Source: a virus (taxonomy: Duplodnaviria; Caudoviricetes). Taken from it: 36,874 nucleotides of DNA. Shown one piece after another: positions 27,118-35,553 of the stretch; position 1 is the stretch's first letter, and each line of letters opens with the position of its first letter. The notes below the pieces were generated by a model. That model saw nothing but the letters and a program-made list of their open reading frames with translations. It made no database searches and was not told where the DNA came from. The position numbers were made by a program, and so were the translations under genes. The stretch lies in IMG/VR virus record IMGVR_UViG_3300020045_000843, positions 1 through 36,874 of that record; one strand, given 5' to 3'.

Positions 27118-27365
27118 CCGAGAAAAAAACAGGCGGGCCAGCATTTCCAAACTGGTATGTGAAGCCAGACACGGGTGAAATGGTTTGGTTTGATTCAGGC
27201 ATGACATTGCGTGATTACTTTGCTGCTCAAGCGATGACGGGCGCTCAGATTTGGGATGCTGTGCTGAACGGAAAAAATGCGCAGCTTGCAGACGGTGGCG
27301 TAAAGCTGTTGGCTGAAATTTCATACGCTGTCGCAGACGCAATGCTGGAGGCAAGGGAGAAATGA
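27114..27365 (+). CDS. Conserved phage hypothetical protein
   Basis: TGGPAFP...GMTLRDYFAAQAM...YAVADAMLEAR. Confidence 0.8.
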   Translation: MTEKKTGGPAFPNWYVKPDTGEMVWFDSGMTLRDYFAAQAMTGAQIWDAVLNGKNAQLADGGVKLLAEISYAVADAMLEAREK

Positions 27366-27656
27366 TTGGCAACGAAACGCAAACCGAAAGAATCCCCAAG
27401 ACTGTATGGGCCACCACTGGAGCGCCCAAAGAACTACAAGGGCGGAATCAGTGCCGAGGAAATCGAACACATGAGGAACTGCGAAGCGCGGGAGTGGATT
27501 CGACGGTACAAGGAGAAAGCAAAGACGATTGGATTGACCGCCACTGCTACTTGGTGGCAAGAACATCTAACGGTAATGCAAAAAATCAGAGGCGAGTCCG
27601 CTATTTTGGATTTGAGGCGGCGCATGACTGAACAACAGAAGAAAGCAAAGAAATGA
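27366..27656 (+). CDS. Hypothetical basic protein
   Basis: TTG start after GGAG; EHMRNCEAREWI; ATGA coupled to next gene. Confidence 0.6.
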   Translation: MATKRKPKESPRLYGPPLERPKNYKGGISAEEIEHMRNCEAREWIRRYKEKAKTIGLTATATWWQEHLTVMQKIRGESAILDLRRRMTEQQKKAKK

Positions 27657-28006
27657 GAATCGAATTGGATTTCCCGCCTGCCGAACTATTCCCAAACCGA
27701 GCAAAGGGAACGCATTGGGCGAAGCTATACCAAGTACGAAGTGACTACCGTGAAGGCTCCACTTGGTTGGCTAAACACCAGATTAAAAATTGGAAGCATA
27801 ACGGTGGAGACATCCATTTGAAGCTGACATTCATCATGCCCGACAAACGGATGCGTGATGCTGATAACTGCCTAGCGGCAGCTAAAGGTGCGTTGGATGG
27901 ACTGTCAGATGCCTTGATGGTGAATGACAAGTTTTTCCAGCCTATCGAAATCCATCGCCAATTTGGTGATAAACACACTCGTAAACTTATCGTGGAGATA
28001 ACATGA
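27653..28006 (+). CDS. RusA-like Holliday junction resolvase
   Basis: PDKRMRDADN....K..LDG..DAL..ND catalytic pattern. Confidence 0.75.
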   Translation: MRIELDFPPAELFPNRAKGTHWAKLYQVRSDYREGSTWLAKHQIKNWKHNGGDIHLKLTFIMPDKRMRDADNCLAAAKGALDGLSDALMVNDKFFQPIEIHRQFGDKHTRKLIVEIT

Positions 28007-28254
28007 CAATTCAAAAGACCCTCAAAGCCCGTCAAAAAACACACGGCAATTTCTCAACCCACGCTGTAATCAGCCAGCAGCTCAAAGCCGTGATGCGTGA
28101 GCATGGCCTACTTGAGTTGGCTCCAGACCAGATTGAAGCGTTGGAGATGATTGCTCACAAGATTGCCCGAGTGCTGAATGGCAATCCAGACCACCATGAC
28201 CATTGGCATGACATTTCTGGCTACGCTGAGTGCGCGGCTGAACGCTTGGAGTAA
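28003..28254 (+). CDS. DUF6378-like phage protein
   Basis: R..THGNF, EALEMIAHKIARVLNG.P...D.W.DISGYA. Confidence 0.8.
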   Translation: MTIQKTLKARQKTHGNFSTHAVISQQLKAVMREHGLLELAPDQIEALEMIAHKIARVLNGNPDHHDHWHDISGYAECAAERLE

Positions 28255-28257
28255 TCC

Positions 28258-28470
28258 ATGACTCCAAAGACAAGACAGACATACTACAAGCATCTTTGCA
28301 GCATTGGATTGCCAGAAGTCCTTGCTGCATCTATGGCCTCACAAGTTGACGGGTGGGGCCTTTATGCCAAGACAGCATCAAAAAGAGAAAGTGTTTCTCG
28401 ATTTTGTATTTGGAGCCTGACAAAAGAAGGCCATGAATTTTGGTATTGGATGCACGAGTCAATGCCATGA
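28258..28470 (+). CDS. Hypothetical protein
   Basis: GGAG SD; W..TKEGHEFW motif; ATGA coupling. Confidence 0.65.
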   Translation: MTPKTRQTYYKHLCSIGLPEVLAASMASQVDGWGLYAKTASKRESVSRFCIWSLTKEGHEFWYWMHESMP

Positions 28471-28880
28471 AGTACAAGCTCTACGAAGAAAAGCAAGCCC
28501 ATGCCACCATGCTGGCGGTGTGGAACATTGTGAAGGAATCAATCTATGGCGGCAAGAAGGTCATCTTGGAGGTCACTGAGGAAAAACGCTCAGACCCTCA
28601 AAATAAAAAATTCCACGCCATCATTGGTCAGATTGCGAAGCAAGCGCAACACGCTGGAGCAGCTTGGGATGTTGAAGACTGGAAACGGTTTTTACTCGAC
28701 CAGTTTTCAAAAGACCGTGGCATGGCGGGAGGCGCTGTGGTTCAGTCCCTAGACGGCGAACGAGTGATTCAACTTGGCCTGCAAAGCCGTAGATTCACCA
28801 AAGCCGAAGGCGCTGACTTCATTGAATGGCTACTAATGTGGTCTGCAACCAACGGAATTGACATCAAAGAACCAGATTGA
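28467..28880 (+). CDS. ninB: NinB/Orf-family recombination protein
   Basis: KRSDPQNKKFHAIIGQIAKQ, EDWKR, SLDG, SRRFTK.E..DFIEWL. Confidence 0.85.
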   Translation: MKYKLYEEKQAHATMLAVWNIVKESIYGGKKVILEVTEEKRSDPQNKKFHAIIGQIAKQAQHAGAAWDVEDWKRFLLDQFSKDRGMAGGAVVQSLDGERVIQLGLQSRRFTKAEGADFIEWLLMWSATNGIDIKEPD

Positions 28881-28882
28881 CA

Positions 28883-28907
28883 ATAACTATGGTATAGTTA
28901 TCTCAAC
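28883..28907 (+). promoter_or_regulatory. Extended -10 promoter overlapped by operator-like site
   Basis: TGGTATAGT 28890-98; GTATA-N6-TCAAC 28892-907; palindrome ATAACTAT-GGT-ATAGTTAT 28883-901. Confidence 0.55.
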
Positions 28908-28938
28908 TCGGAATGAGTTAAACAAGAAAGGACAAAAT

Positions 28939-29142
28939 ATGACAAAGTGGAAACAAAGACGCCGTGAGCGTGAGCAATTGGTTCGAGACATTGCTTTGGC
29001 TTCTGCCCCCGTGTTCTTGAAAATGATTATTGAACAATCAATCAAGCACAACGCCAGCGAAAAACAAGCTCAAGAGCTTCGACAAACCGCAGCCGAATGT
29101 GCATGGGCGCATGGTGAAATCATGGCGAGGGTCAAAGCATGA
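28939..29142 (+). CDS. Hypothetical protein
   Basis: AAGGA SD; ATGA coupling downstream. Confidence 0.65.
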   Translation: MTKWKQRRREREQLVRDIALASAPVFLKMIIEQSIKHNASEKQAQELRQTAAECAWAHGEIMARVKA

Positions 29143-29243
29143 ACTGGCCCTTCCCAACGCATCCACCAACACCGTGGACACATAAGCAAATCAAAGAACA
29201 CGCGCAACAACAACGCGCAAACATTCCTGAAAGCCCAATGTAA
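29139..29243 (+). CDS. 34-aa hypothetical peptide
   Basis: MNWPFPTHPPTPWTHKQIKEHAQQQRANIPESPM; coupled at both ends. Confidence 0.6.
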   Translation: MNWPFPTHPPTPWTHKQIKEHAQQQRANIPESPM

Positions 29244-29494
29244 TGAACATTAAATCTCAAACAATGATTGACGTTATGCAAGCCATGATTGATACGGAAA
29301 ACGTATGGCTAACGCAGAAACACAGAAACATAGATGACATGATTAACCCAAACGCTCCAGTCATTATTCAGATTGGAGACTATGGTTATGAAATTCAAAG
29401 CGTTGGCGGCGATGGTGAAGTTGAAGGATTTGTCATCATGTGCAAAGAAAACCCCGTGTGCAAGTGGGAAGGTATGAAGTGCATCAAGTTATGA
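29243..29494 (+). CDS. Hypothetical protein
   Basis: TAATG and ATGA coupling. Confidence 0.65.
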   Translation: MNIKSQTMIDVMQAMIDTENVWLTQKHRNIDDMINPNAPVIIQIGDYGYEIQSVGGDGEVEGFVIMCKENPVCKWEGMKCIKL

Positions 29495-30432
29495 CAACAC
29501 AAACAGAAGCATTGAAGCTAGCAGACGCTTTGAATGAGCTGCTCGAATCTTTTGAAAAGGACGGAAGATTTTGCAAATCATCGAGCATCAGAAATGAGTT
29601 GTATGACCGCCTAAAGAAAACGCTAGAAGAATCAAAAGAAACCTTGCAAAGCAATGAACAGGTAGATGAACATGACTGGAATGATGAGCAGTTGAAAATG
29701 CTTAATTTTCTTTATGGCTCTAGTGATTTTGATGGTGTGTGGTTTGAACAACGGCATCCAACTGAACGTGCTGCATTTTGGTGGCGCAAGCATTTAAAGC
29801 GATTGTTTGCACATCCACCCGTACCTACGGCACAACCAGAGCAGGAATACAAACGTGGATATGCAGACGCTATGAACTGGAAAGTGCAGAACCATCTTGA
29901 GCATTTGCCTGCGGCACAGCCAGAGCAGGAGCCTGTGGCGTTTGAAGAATGGCTGTCAAATCAACATGGTGACCCCGAGGAAATCGGGTTTCTTCAGGCG
30001 TTACGCATTGCCTACATTTCAGGGCAGGACAGCATCACCGCCATCAAAGAAGCCTTGGCACAGCCAGAGCAGGAACCGCAAAAAGGTGAATGCACATGGT
30101 GCGGCGGTGATTGCCCACAATTTGAATGCGACACACATAGCACTTGGATGAACGAGCCTGTGATTCAGCGTGACTTGCCACCACAACACAAAGAGCCAGA
30201 GCAGGAGCCTGTGGCGTTTGAAACTTGGTATGAGAAGTTTCATTCATTTGCGGGTAAAAGCCCGTTGCTCTACTCGGATTTGCATTGCGCTTGGCAAGCC
30301 GCAAAACTCTACACCACCCCACCACAGCGCACATGGGTCGGGCTGACGGATGAGGAAATTGAATTTATGCCTGCATCCCATAGAGTTGTTGCCAGATGGG
30401 CAGAAGCCAAACTCAAGGAGAAGAACACATGA
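29491..30432 (+). CDS. Modular protein built of short segments joined by (AQ)PEQE(PVA) linkers
   Basis: Four PEQE linkers; C-terminal QRTWVGLTDEEI...EAKLKEKN module. Confidence 0.75.
   Translation: MTTQTEALKLADALNELLESFEKDGRFCKSSSIRNELYDRLKKTLEESKETLQSNEQVDEHDWNDEQLKMLNFLYGSSDFDGVWFEQRHPTERAAFWWRKHLKRLFAHPPVPTAQPEQEYKRGYADAMNWKVQNHLEHLPAAQPEQEPVAFEEWLSNQHGDPEEIGFLQALRIAYISGQDSITAIKEALAQPEQEPQKGECTWCGGDCPQFECDTHSTWMNEPVIQRDLPPQHKEPEQEPVAFETWYEKFHSFAGKSPLLYSDLHCAWQAAKLYTTPPQRTWVGLTDEEIEFMPASHRVVARWAEAKLKEKNT
29829..30222 (+). repeat. Four dispersed intragenic direct repeats (core CCAGAGCAGGA)
   Basis: Copies near 29829, 29913, 30057, 30194; perfect 29-bp match 29918-29946 = 30194-30222. Confidence 0.85.
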
Positions 30433-30701
30433 GTGGATGGCGTAAACGTGGTGGAGGCTCCATGAGTTGGACTCCAAAGATAGAAAAAACATTCAACAAG
30501 GATGGCGTCATCCAGTCTCAAACAATTCAATACTTGCCAAATTCAGAAAAGCAAGACCTTCCGCCCGGGTGGTCATTTGAGCCGTTTAAAAAAGAATGGC
30601 AAGGCTTGACGGATGAGGAGTTTGAGTATTGCTGCTCTCTAAAAACTCCCGGAGCCATTGCCGAGGAAGTTGAAGCAAAATTAAGGAAGAAAAATGCGTA
30701 A
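30429..30701 (+). CDS. Hypothetical protein sharing the W.GLTDEE...EAKL.KKN module
   Basis: ATGA coupled; KEWQGLTDEEF...EAKLRKKN. Confidence 0.65.
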   Translation: MSGWRKRGGGSMSWTPKIEKTFNKDGVIQSQTIQYLPNSEKQDLPPGWSFEPFKKEWQGLTDEEFEYCCSLKTPGAIAEEVEAKLRKKNA

Positions 30702-31155
30702 ACGATGCCGCCGCCGTGTGTGGTCTACTGACATCAACCCCATAGCTCACGCAATTTGCGGTGCTTGTATCACAGACCCAAGTTCACTGAATGAGCTTCG
30801 AGTTGGTGAAGTCAGGTCTTTGGAGTTGATGAAGACAGGTGAAGCTGGAGTCCAAGAATGGCAAATCCTGTGCGACATGATGAACATTGCTGAAACAATG
30901 GGTAGAAATGGGATTGGCCCCGAAGTCTTGGAGCATTGTGAGATTGCCAATGAAGCACTCCACCGCGCGGCCAAGAGATACGAAGCCACAAAAAAGATGG
31001 GTTTGTCCGGTGAAGGTTTGAAGGCTTTGGGTGACATCATGGAATACCATGACCTCCAGCGCACAAGCGTTTCAAGGGCAAAGTATCAGCAGATGATTGA
31101 GAAGACCCGTAACTACCTCAAGTCACATGGGAAGTATGTGACGCACATTGAATAG
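30694..31155 (+). CDS. Conserved phage hypothetical protein
   Basis: MRKRCRRRVW..NPIAHAI.GA; AAGGA SD; 153 aa. Confidence 0.75.
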   Translation: MRKRCRRRVWSTDINPIAHAICGACITDPSSLNELRVGEVRSLELMKTGEAGVQEWQILCDMMNIAETMGRNGIGPEVLEHCEIANEALHRAAKRYEATKKMGLSGEGLKALGDIMEYHDLQRTSVSRAKYQQMIEKTRNYLKSHGKYVTHIE

Positions 31156-31163
31156 GACAAGAC

Positions 31164-31376
31164 ATGAAATTTACAGGATGGTTTCCAAGCAAAATCAAGC
31201 CAGTCCGTGTTGGCATTTATGAAATAAAAGCGCCATCTATGGGGCGTTCGTATTTTTCATATTGGGACGGGCATTCGTGGGGCTATCGTATGCACACAAT
31301 TCAAGATGCAAACGCCTTTAAAAATAACAAATGCTATCGGGGTGGGGTTTCTGAGTGGCGCGGCATCCAGAAGTGA
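31164..31376 (+). CDS. Hypothetical protein
   Basis: WFP..IKPVRVG.YE...YWDG..W...WRG; AGGA SD. Confidence 0.7.
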   Translation: MKFTGWFPSKIKPVRVGIYEIKAPSMGRSYFSYWDGHSWGYRMHTIQDANAFKNNKCYRGGVSEWRGIQK

Positions 31377-31771
31377 AAAAGACAGGTTGGCCTCCCGGCT
31401 TATTGCAGGACGACTGTTCTAAGCTGAGTCGCTGGTTTGCAAGCAGAATTGATGCAAGAGAAACAGTAAGGCGGGTATTCCGTCAAGAAAAAGGACAAAA
31501 CATGACAGGCGAAATCAATATCAAAACTATAGAGCCAACAATCGAAGAAGTTTGCTTGCCAAAAGCAAAATCCGGCGGTTGGACAATGTTTTATCGTTAT
31601 CCAGATTCATCTTACTGGATGCACGGAATTCCTCCCTTTGACTCAAATGGAATCAGAGACACTATTCGATTCCCATATCCATTATTCATGTCAAAAGATG
31701 AAGCGTTAGATGAAGCGCGAAAGCGTTTGGCTCATGGTGGTGATGTGAAGCTGTTTAAGGTTGACCTATGA
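31373..31771 (+). CDS. Hypothetical protein (second in-frame start with its own SD at 31502)
   Basis: GTGA coupling; TGWPPGLLQDD..KLSRW; internal AAGGACAAAACATG. Confidence 0.55.
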   Translation: MKKTGWPPGLLQDDCSKLSRWFASRIDARETVRRVFRQEKGQNMTGEINIKTIEPTIEEVCLPKAKSGGWTMFYRYPDSSYWMHGIPPFDSNGIRDTIRFPYPLFMSKDEALDEARKRLAHGGDVKLFKVDL

Positions 31772-31992
31772 CACAAGATGAAATTTTGAAAATGGCTAGG
31801 GACGCTGGCTTTATTTCTTACAGCGGCCATGCACACAGCGCAAACAAAAGCCACATAGAAACCTTTGCCAAGCTGGTAGCACAGCGTGAGCGTGACAAGC
31901 TATTTGTGATGTTCATGGAAGCACATGAAGGGGCAAAGCACAGCCATAACTACTGGCACGTAGCAGCAAACAAGATTAAAGGTGAAGCATGA
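31768..31992 (+). CDS. Hypothetical phage protein
   Basis: MTQDEILKMARDAGF...FAKLVA..ER; ATGA coupling. Confidence 0.7.
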   Translation: MTQDEILKMARDAGFISYSGHAHSANKSHIETFAKLVAQRERDKLFVMFMEAHEGAKHSHNYWHVAANKIKGEA

Positions 31993-32168
31993 CATCGTGG
32001 TTGTTAGTAATGTCAATGCAATTTGGCAGCAGTGCAAGTGTTGTGACGGTTCCAAATCTATCAACACCCGCTGAATGCTTTCGAGTTGCTGAAAGCATCA
32101 ATCTATTTGCTGCCAAACGTATGCAGTTCAAATGCGTTGAGGTTTATAACGCAGAGGCTAAGAAATGA
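31989..32168 (+). CDS. 59-aa hypothetical protein with two Cys
   Basis: ATGA overlaps at both ends; MTSWLLVMSM...AEC...FKCVEV; read by eye. Confidence 0.6.
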   Translation: MTSWLLVMSMQFGSSASVVTVPNLSTPAECFRVAESINLFAAKRMQFKCVEVYNAEAKK

Positions 32169-32530
32169 TGATTCCAAAACACGAATACGTCCGTAGCCCC
32201 AAGCTCCTCAAAGCAGTTCGGATGCTATCTTGTCAATCCTGTGGCTCAGACTATGGGGTACAGGCAGCTCACACCAATTGGGGAGGAGGCAAAGGCCGAA
32301 GCATCAAAGCTGACGACAACCACATTGCCGCGCTGTGCCATACCTGTCATCAAGCCATTGACCAAGGCAATCAGATGACCCGTGAGCAGCGGATGAAGTT
32401 ATGGGTTGTCGCCCATTACAGAACCGTGAGAAAATTGACGACACAAGGGATGTGGCCTGCCGAAGTGCCAATCCCATTCGACCAACAGTACGAGGACATT
32501 TGGAATGAAGAAATATACAGCCAGCATTGA
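32165..32530 (+). CDS. Zn-binding HNH-like nuclease (DUF968/DUF1364/Ref-like)
   Basis: CQSCG...QAAH...GKG..IKADD....ALCHTCH..ID. Confidence 0.75.
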   Translation: MMIPKHEYVRSPKLLKAVRMLSCQSCGSDYGVQAAHTNWGGGKGRSIKADDNHIAALCHTCHQAIDQGNQMTREQRMKLWVVAHYRTVRKLTTQGMWPAEVPIPFDQQYEDIWNEEIYSQH

Positions 32531-32912
32531 GCAGCAATACACCCAGAACTCAGACCCCGTGATGGACATGGTGATGTGTATGCTTCATAGCGTTACGAAT
32601 GCTCACATCCTGCATTTCTCGACCACCAGCTACTCGGCCCATAAAGCGCTTCAAGATTTTTACGAAAATATAGGCGACCTTGTTGACGACTTTGTTGAGG
32701 CGTTCCAAGGCAAATACGGTCTGTTGACTGATTACCGTCCTGTCTTCGCTCTGGCAGAAGAACCTCTGTCATACATGATGTACCTCAAGGATGAGTTGGC
32801 TCGTTGCCGTAACTCAGGCAATTTCCCTCAAGACACTGAGCTACAAAACATTGCCGACGAAATCGCCGCGCTGATTGACTCGACCATCTATAAGCTGCGC
32901 TTCTTGAAGTAA
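32505..32912 (+). CDS. Ferritin/Dps-like four-helix protein (DUF5856-like)
   Basis: AHILH....SYSAHKAL..FYE....VD.FVEA.QGKYG, LQNIADEI..LI.ST.YKL.FL. Confidence 0.8.
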   Translation: MKKYTASIEQQYTQNSDPVMDMVMCMLHSVTNAHILHFSTTSYSAHKALQDFYENIGDLVDDFVEAFQGKYGLLTDYRPVFALAEEPLSYMMYLKDELARCRNSGNFPQDTELQNIADEIAALIDSTIYKLRFLK

Positions 32913-32915
32913 TCC

Positions 32916-33095
32916 ATGCCACTGCGTAACGTCAAAGGTAAATGGTATTGGGGGTCAAAAGGCCCATTCGATACCAAGACAAAAGCTCTGGCTGTGGCTA
33001 GGGCCGCTTACGCGCATGGCTACAAGGGTGAGCAAAAAAATATTGAGCCTGCTCTGGTGCTGGAGTTTTCAAAAAAAGTTTCAGCCAAAAATTAG
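32916..33095 (+). CDS. Small basic phage protein
   Basis: MPLRNVKGKWYWGSKGPFDTKTKALAVARAAYAHGYK; 59 aa; read by eye. Confidence 0.65.
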   Translation: MPLRNVKGKWYWGSKGPFDTKTKALAVARAAYAHGYKGEQKNIEPALVLEFSKKVSAKN

Positions 33096-33317
33096 GCTTT
33101 CAATTTTTTTTTTAAAAACCTCGGGTGGTGGGGTCAAAAATACGTTGATTTTTTCCCCAAATCCCTATATCCGAGTCGGAAATAGGGTCTAATTATGTAT
33201 AGTTCAACCGGCGCGGAATCCGATTCGGGCATTCTCTGAACACCGAAAATCCATCGCCCACGGCCTCGGGAATCGGTCAAATCGGGCGAATGGGGCGAGA
33301 TAATCCCGTCTTAATGG

Positions 33318-33333
33318 GTTGATATATCTCAAC
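33318..33333. promoter_or_regulatory. Operator-like palindrome
   Basis: GTTGA-tatatc-TCAAC, perfect version of the sites at 25417-25493. Confidence 0.5.
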
Positions 33334-33580
33334 CTCATCAGGCCGTTCTAGGCCGTTTTTCCATCCCGCCAAAATCGACCCGAATTAGACCCGAAAACCA
33401 TAATTCAGACAATCCCGACCTATTCCTCGACCGATTCCCGACCGATTCGACCATCCCTGCGCCCCTGCGCCCAGATAGAGCGGGAAACCCTGAAAACGTG
33501 GGCGAATCCCTGCGAATTAACCGGCCCATCCCCTAGGGGCGAGTGCATCCCCGACCCATAAGGGCCAAAAACGGAAACCG

Positions 33581-33646
33581 AAAACGAAAAAACCTAGGGG
33601 CCGACCGAGATGTGACTCTCAATCGACCCCTAGGTCTATTCGTTTT
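33581..33646 (-). terminator. Long hairpin, likely terminator of the leftward right-end operon
   Basis: ~30-bp imperfect stem; most mismatches become G-U pairs only on the minus strand; U-rich 3' side. Confidence 0.6.
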
Positions 33647-33682
33647 TTAGGGAAAAACGGGAAACCCTAGATTTTTAGGCGG

Positions 33683-33916
33683 TCATTCGTGGGATTTGGC
33701 GAACCTCGAATATCGTTCGAGAACGGCCCACGCCTCGACCCGCTCGGTCAGGTTCTCAGGTTTTCGACATCGGCGCATATACGCGCGGGATGATAGAACG
33801 TGACCCTCGGCCTCAGAATAGGCGCCGATTTGCTTATCCCGTTCGACCTCATCGGGGAAAAAGATAATCGGACGTTCTCGGCCTCCGATTTGCTCGAATC
33901 GAATCTCGATTTTCAT
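33683..33916 (-). CDS. Hypothetical early protein
   Basis: MKIEIRFEQ...YSEAEGH..SSRAYM; ATGA coupling. Confidence 0.65.
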   Translation of the reverse strand: MKIEIRFEQIGGRERPIIFFPDEVERDKQIGAYSEAEGHVLSSRAYMRRCRKPENLTERVEAWAVLERYSRFAKSHE

Positions 33917-34167
33917 TCGTCGCCCCCATGCGCCGATTGAATGACTCGGCCCGAATGGGCGCAGACGAGAAAATCGTCCTCCCAATTTACAAAAACGGCC
34001 TCGGGAGTCCAGTCAGCCCCTGATTTTCTGCGAATCAATCGGTAGTTTTCCCGCGCGGCTTGTGCGTCGATGACCTCCCCGTCTCTCATTAGTAGGGCGC
34101 AGGGATACCCACCCGGCCACGCCCACCCACCCGACCGAATGAAATTTTGCAATTCTGATTTGTTCAT
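33913..34167 (-). CDS. Hypothetical early protein
   Basis: WAWPGGYP..LM.DGE, VNWED..L.CAHSG..I.SAHG; AGGGG SD. Confidence 0.75.
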   Translation of the reverse strand: MNKSELQNFIRSGGWAWPGGYPCALLMRDGEVIDAQAARENYRLIRRKSGADWTPEAVFVNWEDDFLVCAHSGRVIQSAHGGDE

Positions 34168-34169
34168 TT

Positions 34170-34661
34170 TTAGACCCCTGCGCATCGTTCGTAAATAAAA
34201 CCCGAGTCTTCGCTCGGGATGGAATCCCTCCGCGCTGCGAAGATGGAAACCCCACCCTCGGCGCATAATTCGACCCGTTCTCGCAGTCGCAAAGATTCCC
34301 AATAATCTTGGGCCTCGCCCCATTCCAATTCGGAAAAGTGGGATTCGTCGAGGACGGGATAATCGCTCAATGCGCAGGACATCTCATCGGCTGCGAGAAT
34401 GGCCTCGACGTTCGATTCGTGAATCGCTATCCATTCGACCCAACCCACGGCCCAATGAGATTCGCGAATCACTAGAACGGAATCGGATTCGCCCCCGAGG
34501 GCGCGGAGGCCGCACTCAAAATTAGAACGAGTCAACGCATCGGCATCGCGTGATTGACCGAGAAAAACGAAGTATTCGGGCCATTCTGCGCCGAAATACG
34601 AATCGGGCATCGTCCATCGTTCAAGGGCGCGGAGGTTTTCGAGGTGTTTTAGGTTTCTCAT
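34170..34661 (-). CDS. Hypothetical early protein
   Basis: RDADALTRSNF, HWAVGWVEWI, L.DYPVLDE.HFSE.E; GGAG SD; ATGA coupling. Confidence 0.8.
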   Translation of the reverse strand: MRNLKHLENLRALERWTMPDSYFGAEWPEYFVFLGQSRDADALTRSNFECGLRALGGESDSVLVIRESHWAVGWVEWIAIHESNVEAILAADEMSCALSDYPVLDESHFSELEWGEAQDYWESLRLRERVELCAEGGVSIFAARRDSIPSEDSGFIYERCAGV

Positions 34662-34667
34662 GCTGCG
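34647..34667. repeat. 21-bp inverted repeat, copy 1
   Basis: TTTTAGGTTTCTCATGCTGCG, exact reverse complement of 35547-35567. Confidence 0.9.
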
Positions 34668-35131
34668 CTCCCGTTTTCGTAAAATTCCCATCCGTTCGCC
34701 TCGATTGATTCCTCGACGGCCTCGTCTGAATATTGGTATTCGATGTCGTTCTCGACTTCGCCTATGAATGATTCAAGCGCCAATTTGAACGATGCGAGGG
34801 CATCCCCTGATTTTTTCCATTCATCGGCAAATGTATATCTAAGGGCATGGTCAAAACAAATCCCTGAATGCATCGCATCTCGATCAAATTGTGATAATTT
34901 AAGGCTGCGAAAATGTGAATTCTCCGCATCGGTGCGAATGAATGAACCACGGCCCCCGATGGAATAGTCGAGAACCGAAATCCCGAATTCTTCGCAAAAT
35001 GCATTGAGGGAATCTCTTACACCATCCCACCACGGGTATTCAAGGCCGCGCCGATACCATTCGCGCGCGCGTTCTTTTGATGAATCGCTCAATTCATCAA
35101 ATTTGTAAATTGTTTTTTCAATCGTTCTCAT
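34658..35131 (-). CDS. Hypothetical acidic early protein
   Basis: MRTIEKTIYKFDELSD..KERAREW, EYQYSDEAV.E.I.AN.WEF.ENG; GGAG SD. Confidence 0.8.
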   Translation of the reverse strand: MRTIEKTIYKFDELSDSSKERAREWYRRGLEYPWWDGVRDSLNAFCEEFGISVLDYSIGGRGSFIRTDAENSHFRSLKLSQFDRDAMHSGICFDHALRYTFADEWKKSGDALASFKLALESFIGEVENDIEYQYSDEAVEESIEANGWEFYENGSAA

Positions 35132-35372
35132 TTTCGTGTTCTCCGTGTTCAAGTATTGAAAGAATGGCGAAGACTGATTTTTTCAATTCCGCGCGTTTTC
35201 CCATCGCTGCGAGGCATCCCTTGAATTCCTGATTTCGCGTTATGTCAAGAGAGTAGAGTCTCAGCAGCCCATCTATTTCCTGACCGAGTATGTCGTCGTC
35301 ATGATTTTTCGCTTGCCGCTCATCTCGAAAAACCGAACCATCCGCGCATAAAAACGCCGTAATTTCTCTCAT
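35118..35372 (-). CDS. Hypothetical early protein
   Basis: MREITAFLCADGSVF; AAGGG SD. Confidence 0.65.
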   Translation of the reverse strand: MREITAFLCADGSVFRDERQAKNHDDDILGQEIDGLLRLYSLDITRNQEFKGCLAAMGKRAELKKSVFAILSILEHGEHENEND

Positions 35373-35382
35373 TTTTAACCCC

Positions 35383-35553
35383 TTAAAAACAAAGATAAAC
35401 GACCGATGAGTCATTCGACCCGACGACCGAGGTGTTGTCGTTCAAATAGTCGAGGACGACATCTCGAATCTCGTCCTCGTCCTCGCATTCGCTGATGTCG
35501 ATGGAATAGTTCGAGGCGACATCGGCGAACGATTCCTCGGAAAAGTCGCAGCA
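35383..35553 (-). pseudogene. 5'-truncated remnant of an acidic phage early protein
   Basis: CCDFSEESFADVASNYSIDISECEDEDEIRDVVLDYLNDNTSVVG...VYLCF* reads as a protein C-terminal half; no in-frame ATG/GTG/TTG before the upstream stop. Confidence 0.6.

Noticed and set aside
27362-27631. Alternative 89-aa ORF overlapping 27366-27656
   Set aside because: The other frame gives a more protein-like sequence and couples to the next gene by ATGA
28877-28898. Canonical TTGACA/TATAGT sigma70 promoter
   Set aside because: Spacer is only 10 nt; reinterpreted as an extended -10 plus operator
29829-30222. CRISPR-like repeat-spacer array
   Set aside because: Repeats are in-frame within a CDS, spacing is irregular and long (84-144 nt period), and no cas genes are present
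33338-33529. 63-aa ORF in the non-coding zone
   Set aside because: Low-complexity translation, no SD, and it lies downstream of the predicted terminator
34668-35546. Invertase-driven phase-variable segment between the 21-bp inverted repeats
   Set aside because: No recombinase in the window and inversion would not restore the truncated gene; kept only as a minor alternative
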